Position numbers and translations under genes: made by a program
Notes under the pieces: model-generated
What the model saw: only the letters and a program-made list of their open reading frames with translations
Database searches by the model: none
Told to the model about the DNA's origin: nothing
Part shown: piece after piece, positions 55,278-63,936 of the stretch
How the letters are laid out: every line of letters begins with the position of its first letter
How positions within the stretch are numbered: position 1 is the stretch's first letter
From: a virus
IMG/VR virus record: IMGVR_UViG_3300045974_000132
Span: 219,740-283,739 of that record
DNA: 64,000 nucleotides
Strand: one strand, 5' to 3'

Positions 55278-56741
55278 ATGCCTGTCAATGCTGAATCTGT
55301 TGTTAAACTTAAACAACTTATTAAAAATAATCCCGACAATGAATCGCATTATGTAGACCTAGGCCTTGAGTATTACCAATCAGGTGATAAGGAAACCGCT
55401 AAGTTTTCTTGGAAGGAAGGTATCATATACGCAACCTGTTGTGATACTCTTCGTAGCAACCTTGCTGTTATTATGATCGAGGAGCGTGATTATGTTCGTG
55501 CTTCTCAATTACTCTCCCGTGTTGTTATCCCTTCTGCAACAACCTTCAACTCTTGGGGCATGGTCAAACATGCAGACTTAGACTATGAAGGAGCTATTGA
55601 TTACTTCAAGAAATCGGTCACTCTAAATCCTAAGTTTAGTACCGCTTACAGCAACTTGGGTTTGATGTATCAAGAACTGAATAACTTCCAACAAGCTCAG
55701 GCTTACTACTTGTTTGCCTTAGAAGCTGATCCCACTAAGTTGGAAGTCTATTACAAGCTAAGTGAACTGTACTTGATGAACGGTGATTACTATAAAGGCT
55801 TTGAACTTTATGAGTACCGTTTTCAAGGAGCAGGAGGTGTCCAGTTAAAAGCTACATTGGACACTCTAAGCAAGATTAAAGTACCTCGTTGGGGCGGTCA
55901 AGCTACAGATCGCTTGTTGTTGATTGCCGAACAAGGCTTCGGTGATAGCTTGATGATGCTGCGGTATATAAACCGTATTCGTGACGAAGGACGTGTAGGT
56001 AATATCACAATCCATTGTCCGCCTGCTCTTAATCGCATTTTCACTTCTCAAGGTGTTGATGTTATTAACGACCTTTCGAGTGTTCATGAGAACTGCGATT
56101 ACACGCATTACTTTCTGACAATGAGTCTTCCTTATCTGTTCAAGGAAGTTCTTGATACCGTCAGTGGCAAACGTTACTTGGATATTTCAAGTACGTTGGT
56201 GCGATCTGGTAACAACGGCAAGCCCTCTATCGGTATCTGCTGGGCAGGTAGTAATACAAACATCAAAGATGCAACACGTAGTCTACCGTTTGAAGTCTTA
56301 CAACCTTTGTTCTTTGTTGATGAAATTCAACTAGTTTCTTTGCAAAAAGGACTGAACGTAGAAGGTATCAATAACGATATAAATATATGCGGTGACTTCT
56401 ATGATACCGCTGCGTTGGTGAATAGTTGTCAGCATATTGTATCAGCAGATACTGCGGTCATCCACTTAGCCGGTTCTTTAGGTAAGCATGCTTTCTTACT
56501 CAATCGTGCAACTAGTGAATGGCGCTGGGGTGTAGAAGGTAGTAAGTCTGTATGGTATGACAGTGTTGAGATACTACGCCAGAAAAAGCTGTATGACTGG
56601 CAACCTGTTATATTGGAGTTGCTGGTTCGATTGAATGCGTTGTACAAATTCGGTCCATCTACTATTGCTAAGTTGGAGCATTATTACTTATCAAGGAATG
56701 ATGTAGATAGTGCATTGGTCGTCAAATCACTTAAAGGGTAG
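55278..56741 (+). CDS. TPR-repeat protein fused to GT9-like glycosyltransferase domain
   Basis: N-terminal TPR units; C-terminal LLIAEQGFGDSLMMLRYI and VSADTAVIHLAGSLGKHAFLL match GT9 donor-binding patterns. Confidence 0.5.
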   Translation: MPVNAESVVKLKQLIKNNPDNESHYVDLGLEYYQSGDKETAKFSWKEGIIYATCCDTLRSNLAVIMIEERDYVRASQLLSRVVIPSATTFNSWGMVKHADLDYEGAIDYFKKSVTLNPKFSTAYSNLGLMYQELNNFQQAQAYYLFALEADPTKLEVYYKLSELYLMNGDYYKGFELYEYRFQGAGGVQLKATLDTLSKIKVPRWGGQATDRLLLIAEQGFGDSLMMLRYINRIRDEGRVGNITIHCPPALNRIFTSQGVDVINDLSSVHENCDYTHYFLTMSLPYLFKEVLDTVSGKRYLDISSTLVRSGNNGKPSIGICWAGSNTNIKDATRSLPFEVLQPLFFVDEIQLVSLQKGLNVEGINNDINICGDFYDTAALVNSCQHIVSADTAVIHLAGSLGKHAFLLNRATSEWRWGVEGSKSVWYDSVEILRQKKLYDWQPVILELLVRLNALYKFGPSTIAKLEHYYLSRNDVDSALVVKSLKG

Positions 56742-56824
56742 TATCGTAAAATAATTTTCGTAGTACCACTAAGGGCTGAGCCAGGTAAAAATCGCCGAGC
56801 GGCCTGAACTTAAGGAGTTTTAAA

Positions 56825-57715
56825 ATGCAATCTAGTCGTCGTATGTCCACTTCTGTTTCTTCTGTTGCTGCTAACTTAGCTGCTGAGAAGGTTCCTACCA
56901 TAAACCTTATCGGCTACGCTCTTGCTGGTGACGGTCTTGCGCGTGTCGTCGTTGATGTTATGCACACCCGTGCAAGCCGTGAAGATCATGCTCTTGTGGG
57001 TCAATCTCTGAGCAAGATTTTCGACAACAAGCTGATGGCTGTTTGTGGCTCCTTCCAGTCTGTTGACAAAGCTCCGTACTCGGAACGCGTTGAAGGCATC
57101 GTTCGTGTCAATACTCAGTCAGTTGCTTTCCAAGAAGGCATGTCGGGCTTCCGTTCTGTTTCTTCCAACATCTTTATGGATGACGAAGAAAAGATGTGGG
57201 TTCTGCGTAAGACTGAAGCTGGTGATCTGTTGGTTAAGGGTACTGGTATCGAAGATCACGAATCCCTCAAGGGCTTGCTTGATGTTGTATGCAGCAGCGG
57301 TTATAGCCTGTCTAGCGAATACAAGAAGGCAACTGCTAAACTGTCTGCCAAGCAGAAAGCTGTTGTCGGCGGCCACTTCATTGCTTTCGTTTCCAATTCT
57401 AGCGGTGAAGTCAATTTCGGCTTCGTTGTTGCCAGCGATGAAGCTAATGACAAGCTGATCGTTCTGCCTGTCGGTGCGGAACCTGAGTCTGAAGGTGAAG
57501 TTGTTGATAAGGTTGCTGTTGTTGAATCTTTCAACATTGAAGACTTCCCGGAACCGGAAATGTCTGAACAAGAACAGATGGACCAAGCTGTTTGTACTGC
57601 TCGTGGTGTCGTTAATCTTTCGACTCTGCTGGCTTTCTACAAGAAGGTCTTTGCTCGTTCGCCAGCTTTCTACGCAGAGTTCGCCAAGCGCGCCCGTGCC
57701 CACGCTTTCATGTAA
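56825..57715 (+). CDS. hypothetical protein, probably highly expressed
   Basis: 296-aa ORF; RBS AAGGAG; biased codon usage similar to the basic-protein genes. Confidence 0.5.
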   Translation: MQSSRRMSTSVSSVAANLAAEKVPTINLIGYALAGDGLARVVVDVMHTRASREDHALVGQSLSKIFDNKLMAVCGSFQSVDKAPYSERVEGIVRVNTQSVAFQEGMSGFRSVSSNIFMDDEEKMWVLRKTEAGDLLVKGTGIEDHESLKGLLDVVCSSGYSLSSEYKKATAKLSAKQKAVVGGHFIAFVSNSSGEVNFGFVVASDEANDKLIVLPVGAEPESEGEVVDKVAVVESFNIEDFPEPEMSEQEQMDQAVCTARGVVNLSTLLAFYKKVFARSPAFYAEFAKRARAHAFM

Positions 57716-57725
57716 TTGACTAACT

Positions 57726-57753
57726 GGTGGGTATTTTTAATTAGATACCCACC
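57726..57753 (+). terminator. hairpin ggtgggtat-N10-atacccacc
   Basis: 9-bp perfect stem 11 nt after stop of 56825-57715; no clear T-tract. Confidence 0.35.
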
Positions 57754-57782
57754 TATTCCCATATAAACTCAAAGGTGTTGAA

Positions 57783-58073
57783 ATGAAACTAACTATTGAA
57801 GTTGCACAATCTCTAAGTGCTGAAGCTAAAAAGTCTAAATGGACAAAAGCTCAATTGAAAGCAGACCTTAAAATTCTTGATGCTATTGCTAATAAACAAG
57901 TCTTTAGAGAGCATCTAAAGACTAATCTTACAGATGCTCGTAGATTTGGTAATTCTCGTCCAATGACTCATAAAGTTAATATACGAGGAGCGAACGACGA
58001 GATTAAAGAATTAAAAGCTAAACTAGTTACAGGTTTGACCCGGGTTAAAATAATGAATTTGTTAAAAGATTAA
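57783..58073 (+). CDS. hypothetical protein in AT-rich island
   Basis: 96-aa ORF; visibly lower GC and different codon usage from flanks. Confidence 0.4.
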   Translation: MKLTIEVAQSLSAEAKKSKWTKAQLKADLKILDAIANKQVFREHLKTNLTDARRFGNSRPMTHKVNIRGANDEIKELKAKLVTGLTRVKIMNLLKD

Positions 58074-58085
58074 CAAGGATTAAAA

Positions 58086-58838
58086 ATGTACATCCTCATT
58101 TCAACTGCCGGCGACATTGATAAGAAGCTAATATCTGAGGAAGACATTGGCCCTTATATAGTTCGTAAAGAACTGTGGTCTATGGGTTTTGATAAAACTA
58201 CACCCGCCACAGAAATGACTTCAGCTTATGCTAAAGACGGCTCGTACATTGGCAATGAGGATGTTGCAAAACGTCTTTATGAAAAGTACGGTATTATTCC
58301 TCAACGCTCGACTGACAAGCATACGGTTAGCAGTATAGGCAAGAGTGAAACCGATGGCAAATGGTATGGTTGGTCACATCGTGCAATTTACGGCTTCCAA
58401 GTAGGTGACAAGATTAAAGACGGCGATTGCGGCTTTGATCCTTCAGTAGGCGAATACACAATCCAAACAGAACAAGACGCAAAGGTAGCAGCTATGAATT
58501 TCGCAGAATCAGTATCCGCAGAAACAACACTTCTTATTAAGTCACGGATCTCTGTGTCTGATGAAGAACCCGGATACAATGAAAAGCTGTTAATTGCTTT
58601 GTTGAAAGCCACCGGCTGTAAGCCTACAAAGATTAAGTACGAAGCAAAAGCCAATGTGTATAAGTGCATTAACTGGTCTGCTAAAGTAATGACTAAGATG
58701 CAACATATCGGCTGGGAGCCACAACCTGATCTGTCACCTACTTCAACTGGTGAATATCACTTCGTTCATTCTGGTGATGAAGCGTGTGTAGTTTCTCCAG
58801 AAGGTGGTAAGTTTAGTGTAGAGTTCCCTAAGTTATAA
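58086..58838 (+). CDS. hypothetical protein
   Basis: 250-aa ORF. Confidence 0.45.
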   Translation: MYILISTAGDIDKKLISEEDIGPYIVRKELWSMGFDKTTPATEMTSAYAKDGSYIGNEDVAKRLYEKYGIIPQRSTDKHTVSSIGKSETDGKWYGWSHRAIYGFQVGDKIKDGDCGFDPSVGEYTIQTEQDAKVAAMNFAESVSAETTLLIKSRISVSDEEPGYNEKLLIALLKATGCKPTKIKYEAKANVYKCINWSAKVMTKMQHIGWEPQPDLSPTSTGEYHFVHSGDEACVVSPEGGKFSVEFPKL

Positions 58839-58854
58839 TCAGAGGAGTATTCTG

Positions 58855-59043
58855 ATGAAGATCACGTTTCCTTTGGTTTCCGAATCTAAGAAACCGCACA
58901 AGCTTAAAAACCCATTGTTGATTAAGATACACAACCTTGAGCAACAGTTGGACAAATTACGTGCCCAGCATAAAGCAGAAGAGAAGAAAAAGCTCCAATC
59001 TAAGCTTCAGCATGTCACAAAGCCCGTGAAACACAAGGCTTGA
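58855..59043 (+). CDS. small basic coiled-coil protein
   Basis: 62-aa ORF; stop overlaps promoter -35. Confidence 0.35.
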   Translation: MKITFPLVSESKKPHKLKNPLLIKIHNLEQQLDKLRAQHKAEEKKKLQSKLQHVTKPVKHKA

Positions 59044-59068
59044 CATTCTTGCGTTTTTGTGATATAAT
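59040..59068 (+). promoter_or_regulatory. sigma70 consensus promoter (TTGACA-17 bp-TATAAT)
   Basis: ttgaca 59040-59045, 17-nt spacer, tataat 59063-59068; followed by inverted repeat ctgct-cacga-agcag. Confidence 0.6.
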
Positions 59069-59104
59069 CTGCTCACGAAGCAGAATAACACAAGGAGCAA
59101 GAAA

Positions 59105-59356
59105 ATGACGAAAGCAAAGAAACTTGTTGATGAACTTGAAGCGAAAAATGCTGCTCGTAAAGATCGGGTAGCAAAAGCAAGAATTGCTCGAAAGGCAGAG
59201 GAGTTGGAGATCGGCACTTCTGATCCTATCCTGCTAAGTCTGTATCGTGATCTGCGTGGCTCCCAAGATCAAAGGTTGAAGACAGCGATCAACCAATACG
59301 AAGTAGGTTTGATAACAGGTGCAGAATGTGTGCGCCAGATGTTGAAAAATTCATAA
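59105..59356 (+). CDS. hypothetical small protein
   Basis: 83-aa ORF; RBS AAGGAG. Confidence 0.45.
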   Translation: MTKAKKLVDELEAKNAARKDRVAKARIARKAEELEIGTSDPILLSLYRDLRGSQDQRLKTAINQYEVGLITGAECVRQMLKNS

Positions 59357-59367
59357 AGGGTTTTGTT

Positions 59368-59679
59368 ATGGAAATCGAAATCTCAGTATCGTCTTCTACA
59401 CCTAATGAAGACAAGTTGGTTGCTTTCTTCAAGAAATCTGGCTGCAATCCTCAGCGTGTTCACAGCCCTGGTTCTTATGACTTTGAATGTCAAAACTGGG
59501 ATCTTGAGTTACTCAAGAAAGCTATGAAAGACTGTGGCTGGGAGTCACAAGGTAAAGGGCTGTTCCCATCTAATGATGAAGGTACTGCATACTTCATTCA
59601 AAAGAAAGGTGACGAGCAACTTTGCTGCTTAACTCCGGAACCGTCAGGTTTGTTTTACATGGCATTCAACGGTTATTGA
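59368..59679 (+). CDS. hypothetical protein
   Basis: ATG 59368 with AAGGG RBS. Confidence 0.45.
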   Translation: MEIEISVSSSTPNEDKLVAFFKKSGCNPQRVHSPGSYDFECQNWDLELLKKAMKDCGWESQGKGLFPSNDEGTAYFIQKKGDEQLCCLTPEPSGLFYMAFNGY

Positions 59680-59688
59680 TTTCGTAAT

Positions 59689-59699
59689 ACTGTAAATAA
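59689..59699 (+). promoter_or_regulatory. ACTGTAAATAA motif (candidate phage promoter)
   Basis: ~80 nt upstream of ATG 59778. Confidence 0.35.
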
Positions 59700-59777
59700 A
59701 GGGTATGTGTGACAATGGTGTTTCACCTGCCCTAACTGTTTCACAAATAATCTACCACAAAGAAAGCGAGTTTTAAA

Positions 59778-60854
59778 ATGACCACCAATTTCCTGTCCAA
59801 AGATGGCCTCCTGAACGTCGAAGCGATTGTTGCACTGGCTCGCGAAATCGACAAGGTTGCAACCAAGGAACAACTCAAGCCTGCTGAAATTCACTTCGCT
59901 GGCAAGGTTATTCCGAAGTACGACGCAGCAAAGGCCAAGGCAGGCGGCGAAGCTTTTACCAAGAAGCGCGCCCAACTCATTAAGGTTCGTTCGCGTATGC
60001 CTGCTTCGGGTTCGCGTGTAAAGATGGTTGCAATGCTTCGCAACTACAAGGAACTGGAAGAGTTTGAAGACTTCACGGCAGACTTCAATGCTGCTCTGAA
60101 GGCAATTGCAGTCCACAACAAGTTGGCTGAAAAGCTGATCGCTACTTCCAAGAAGGAAGGTGCCAAGAAGCGTGAAATCGGCGCAAAGGAATTCGACAAG
60201 AATGCCGATGCTTTCATCAAGCTGATGGCTGAAGCAGGTGTTAAGTCGAGCAACATCGCAATCGGCATGTCGATGATGGGTAAGACAATCATCGTCAAGC
60301 TTCCGAATGGTGGTTATGTTTCTGTGGGCAAGGCTGATGCAGAACGTTTTGCTAAAGCCAAGGAAGGTGCTTCTGCTGCTCCGGCGAAGGCTGCTGCTAC
60401 TTCTACACGCGGTTCGACACGCGGTGCTGCAAAGGCTGAACCCAAATCTGTGCCGCGTCGTTCGCGGGAAGTCTCGAAGCTTGCACCGATCTCCGATGCA
60501 ATCAAGAAGGTTGGTGCTTCCCGTCGTGCAGCAAAGGGCGTTGCTGAAAAGACTTCTACGCGCGGTGCACGTGCAGCGAAGGCCGGTACTACCGCAGCGC
60601 GTGAAACTCGTTCGGAACGGGCATCGCGTCGTGAAGCTACTGACAAGGTTGTTGCAAAGGCTTCCCGCTCGGCAGGTAGTGCTTCGTTGAACGCTACGAA
60701 GGCCAAGGTTGCCGCTGCTACAAAGCCTGCAAGCACTCGTTCGTCACGTGCCCCGGCCGCTGCTACAAAGCCGGTTAAGAAGGTTGCTGCAAAGCCGGTT
60801 GCTGCTGCAAAGAAGGTTGCCGCTTCATCTACCCGTGCATCGCGTCGCGGTTGA
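59778..60854 (+). CDS. DNA-binding-like protein: globular N-domain + Ala/Lys/Arg-rich C-terminal tail (paralog of 60993-61826)
   Basis: shared core MMGKTIIVKLPNGGYVSVGKADAERFAKAK vs MFGKVVHVKLPNGGVISIGKSDTSKFNAAK; ~150-aa basic low-complexity tail. Confidence 0.55.
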   Translation: MTTNFLSKDGLLNVEAIVALAREIDKVATKEQLKPAEIHFAGKVIPKYDAAKAKAGGEAFTKKRAQLIKVRSRMPASGSRVKMVAMLRNYKELEEFEDFTADFNAALKAIAVHNKLAEKLIATSKKEGAKKREIGAKEFDKNADAFIKLMAEAGVKSSNIAIGMSMMGKTIIVKLPNGGYVSVGKADAERFAKAKEGASAAPAKAAATSTRGSTRGAAKAEPKSVPRRSREVSKLAPISDAIKKVGASRRAAKGVAEKTSTRGARAAKAGTTAARETRSERASRREATDKVVAKASRSAGSASLNATKAKVAAATKPASTRSSRAPAAATKPVKKVAAKPVAAAKKVAASSTRASRRG

Positions 60855-60883
60855 TAGTTGATCTACTTGTTAAGTAACACCGA

Positions 60884-60912
60884 AGGGAGCCTTAAAAAGC
60901 TCCTTTTTTTTA
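60884..60912 (+). terminator. rho-independent terminator
   Basis: gggagc-cttaaaaa-gctcc + T9. Confidence 0.6.
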
Positions 60913-60992
60913 CGTCCACACCTTTGGTATAGAAAATTCAAAGGTAGATGCTAATTTAGACATATGGTTTATTAACTAAAGGACGACTTAAA

Positions 60993-61826
60993 ATGGCTAA
61001 AATTTCCTTTTCCGCAGCCTTGCTGGCGGATGACTCTTCTATCAAAGTTTCTGTTTCTGCTGCAAATCCCTATCTTTCTGCGGATGGTTTGATTGATGTT
61101 GCTGCCCTAACTAAGTTGGCAAACCGTATCATGACAGCTAATGGGAAAATCCCTGAATCAGCTAGTCGTGCAAAGCTTATTAGTCCTACCTTCTATACAG
61201 CAAAACCTGCTGAGAAGTATTCTGCTTCACTGGAAAAGAAGAATGACCACAAGTACAAAACTCTTCGTGGACAACAAGTAAAGTCCCGTACTAAGTTACC
61301 TCCTGCAGGTAGCAGCATTAAATTCAAGTTGTTACTTCCTGCGCTACTTGAAGGTGCTGATAAGACGGTCGCTGCTGAAGTCCGTAAAGCTGTTTCCGCT
61401 ATCAATAGCCACAACAAGAAGGCTGTTAAGGTAGTAGATAAGGTTAAGACTGAAAAGGGCAAGATTCGTGATGCAGCCAACAAAGAGTTTGATGCCAACG
61501 TTGACGTTGTTACTCAAATCCTTCTTGCTGGTGGTATCAAGGAAACCGGTATTGCTGTAGGCCAGTCTATGTTCGGTAAGGTTGTGCATGTTAAGCTTCC
61601 GAACGGCGGTGTTATCTCTATCGGTAAGTCTGATACTTCCAAGTTCAATGCTGCTAAGAAGTCCGGTGGTGAAACTGCTGCTGCTCCTGCTGTGAAGCCA
61701 GGTCGTGTAACTATCTCCCGCAAAGCACCTGCTGCCAAGCCCGCACGTTCTGCTCGCGTTGCTACAACTCGCGGTGTTCGTAAGACAAAGGCCGCTACAT
61801 CTGTTCGCCGGGCTGCTGCTAAGTAA
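60993..61826 (+). CDS. DNA-binding-like protein with basic C-terminal tail (paralog of 59778-60854)
   Basis: see paralog; tail AAAPAVKPGRVTISRKAPAAKPARSARVATTRGVRKTKAATSVRRAAAK. Confidence 0.55.
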   Translation: MAKISFSAALLADDSSIKVSVSAANPYLSADGLIDVAALTKLANRIMTANGKIPESASRAKLISPTFYTAKPAEKYSASLEKKNDHKYKTLRGQQVKSRTKLPPAGSSIKFKLLLPALLEGADKTVAAEVRKAVSAINSHNKKAVKVVDKVKTEKGKIRDAANKEFDANVDVVTQILLAGGIKETGIAVGQSMFGKVVHVKLPNGGVISIGKSDTSKFNAAKKSGGETAAAPAVKPGRVTISRKAPAAKPARSARVATTRGVRKTKAATSVRRAAAK

Positions 61827-61837
61827 GGAGGCCTGTA

Positions 61838-62491
61838 ATGGCTATCTCTCGTAGTAATGGCGTTACCCGTCGTAGGGCACGTAAAGCAGGTTTAGATAAT
61901 GTTGACGGTAATCGCATCATTATTGATGGCCCAAAGATCGTTCGCCGCCTTAAGGGTGCTTATGTTAAGAAGGGGGCGGCTCTTACTAAGAATGATCTGA
62001 AGCAAGAGGAAATAGCACCTTCTGATGATACAGAATCCTCTACCCAGGATCTTCCCGAAGTAGAGTCTGTTACGGTTACTGACTCTAACACTAAAAAGGA
62101 ACCTAAAGTTATGGAACGCGTTAAGATCGCCTTATCGGGTGACGTTATCTTCACCCCTTACACAGACGGTACTCAGTATGCTTGCCGTCGTGATGCGCTG
62201 GCCAATCTACGTCGTCGTATGCCCTCTTTCGAGGTAATGCTGTCAGATGTTACAGGTGAAGGTCAAATTGACTTTACCTTATCAAATGAGTTTGACATTG
62301 AAGGTGAAGAAGTGGCCTTGACTGCACGTGGACTTGCTTCTCCGTATGAAATGGCTATTCACACTATTACTATCAACTACAAGGATAAGAAGTTTGATGT
62401 TAATCCTGTAGATCGTGCACGTAGTCCTGAAGATACTGTTAACTTCCTTAAGCGAGTGGCGGTGAATTGTGTTAACGGCGTTTATGCTTAA
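61838..62491 (+). CDS. hypothetical protein with basic N-terminus
   Basis: 217-aa ORF; RBS AAGGAGG. Confidence 0.45.
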   Translation: MAISRSNGVTRRRARKAGLDNVDGNRIIIDGPKIVRRLKGAYVKKGAALTKNDLKQEEIAPSDDTESSTQDLPEVESVTVTDSNTKKEPKVMERVKIALSGDVIFTPYTDGTQYACRRDALANLRRRMPSFEVMLSDVTGEGQIDFTLSNEFDIEGEEVALTARGLASPYEMAIHTITINYKDKKFDVNPVDRARSPEDTVNFLKRVAVNCVNGVYA

Positions 62492-62693
62492 AGTGCAAGC
62501 AGAGGCTCGTCGAAAGGTATGTGACTCCTGTGACCAGAAGCGTACTTCTTTCGGCGTAGACCTTTGCAATAAGTGCGGCTGCGTAATTACTTTTAAAGTC
62601 AAGTTACGTGAGTCTGTTTGTCCTCTACATAAATGGGATTCAATAGATGCGGCCTCAAAAAATACGAATCCTCTCAAGCCATCCCAAGCGTGA
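62484..62693 (+). CDS. small zinc-ribbon-like protein
   Basis: CDSCDQ...CNKCGC; ATG overlapping upstream stop. Confidence 0.35.
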   Translation: MLKVQAEARRKVCDSCDQKRTSFGVDLCNKCGCVITFKVKLRESVCPLHKWDSIDAASKNTNPLKPSQA

Positions 62694-62883
62694 AGAAGAG
62701 ATACCCAACATTACACACTGGCTTAAAGCAAACCAATGTTCTTTAGTAATGCCTAATCAGGTATATCATAAGGGCAAGCATATAGGTACGCTTAATGCAG
62801 TGGACAGTAAGTTGGTGTTTATTCCTTCAATCACTTGGGAAGAGTGGGACGCTATAGATAAAGCACATCCGCACTCTTCGTAA
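62647..62883 (+). CDS. hypothetical protein
   Basis: 78-aa ORF; overlaps previous by 47 nt, start uncertain. Confidence 0.3.
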   Translation: MRPQKIRILSSHPKREEEIPNITHWLKANQCSLVMPNQVYHKGKHIGTLNAVDSKLVFIPSITWEEWDAIDKAHPHSS

Positions 62884-62905
62884 GGCTTAGATCGAGATAT
62901 ATAAC

Positions 62906-63607
62906 ATGAGTGAGATTACTATGCCTAACGGTCGTAAACCAGGTAAGGTTGAAGCAAAGAAACCGGGTCTAGTAGGGAAACCTGTTGAGCCTGAACAGAA
63001 GCGTAAGAAAAAGAAACGTCCTACTGAGGATGCACAACCTAAAGCTGATAAGCGTTTAAATCGTGCTACCAAGAGACTACCTGATCTTCAATCACAAGCT
63101 TCTGACTTGGAAGAGGAGATAGGTAGTTTAGACTTAGAAGGCTCGGGCGGACCGGAAGCTGTATTCAAACGTGAATACGTTAGTATGCTTCAGTTCAATG
63201 CCAAGCTTATCAAACGGTTGAATACGCAACTTGAAAGCACGTTATCTTCGCGGGACATATATGCGCTTAGTACGATAATGTCCCAACAGCGGGAGGTTAT
63301 TGCAGACCTTCGTACTATTGTTGACATGAGCGAACAAGTAGAAATGGTTCAACGCCAAGTCTTAGTTCCTTTTGTCAGTGATACTACCCAGCTTTTGACT
63401 GACGTATATTTCCAACTACGTCGTCTTATAACGGAAACATCCACACCTAGACAAACTCAGTTTGCTTTAAATCAATTAGATGATTTGGTAAAGCAGTTTG
63501 GATCGGGCTTGCAGACTACGCATGAAACCTCCAAGGATAAGCTTTACCAAATCTTGCTAGGGGATGCACAACCTGCTACTGCTAAGAAAAGGAAGAACAA
63601 GAAATGA
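62906..63607 (+). CDS. hypothetical protein with basic N-terminus and coiled-coil
   Basis: 233-aa ORF. Confidence 0.45.
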   Translation: MSEITMPNGRKPGKVEAKKPGLVGKPVEPEQKRKKKKRPTEDAQPKADKRLNRATKRLPDLQSQASDLEEEIGSLDLEGSGGPEAVFKREYVSMLQFNAKLIKRLNTQLESTLSSRDIYALSTIMSQQREVIADLRTIVDMSEQVEMVQRQVLVPFVSDTTQLLTDVYFQLRRLITETSTPRQTQFALNQLDDLVKQFGSGLQTTHETSKDKLYQILLGDAQPATAKKRKNKK

Positions 63608-63804
63608 GTACGATTCAGGTTTCTATTTCAGGTATTGACGGCATTACAGCTTTTATATTCCTTCCCAAAACTAACAAGCACGTTGCTTTTAACCATGTCT
63701 GTGTTAAAGAAGCTAAAAAGATTGTTAAGGAATTTGGCTTTATGAAGAAATGGAATTTGGCAAAGACTGGCTTTGGGATACTAAAGGTCAACCTAACTAC
63801 GTAA
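63604..63804 (+). CDS. hypothetical protein
   Basis: 66-aa ORF ATGA-coupled. Confidence 0.4.
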   Translation: MSTIQVSISGIDGITAFIFLPKTNKHVAFNHVCVKEAKKIVKEFGFMKKWNLAKTGFGILKVNLTT

Positions 63805-63910
63805 CAGAGTCCTTCTACGTAAAGAATCGTAAAGCTATTCACTTTGCTGGGGATAGAGCCATCTTGAACTTCCTTCTCTGGCTAAACCGTCAAGTATAAC
63901 CAATACTGTA

Positions 63911-63921
63911 AATATATTGTA
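63911..63921 (+). promoter_or_regulatory. ACTGTAAATAT motif (candidate phage promoter)
   Basis: ~20 nt upstream of AAGGAGG RBS and ATG 63937. Confidence 0.35.
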
Positions 63922-63936
63922 TAAAGGAGGGCGTAA

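Noticed and set aside
60307-60736. Arg-rich ORFs 60307-60690(+) and 60314-60736(-)
   Set aside because: They are alternative-frame artefacts of the GC-rich basic tail of ORF 59778-60854.
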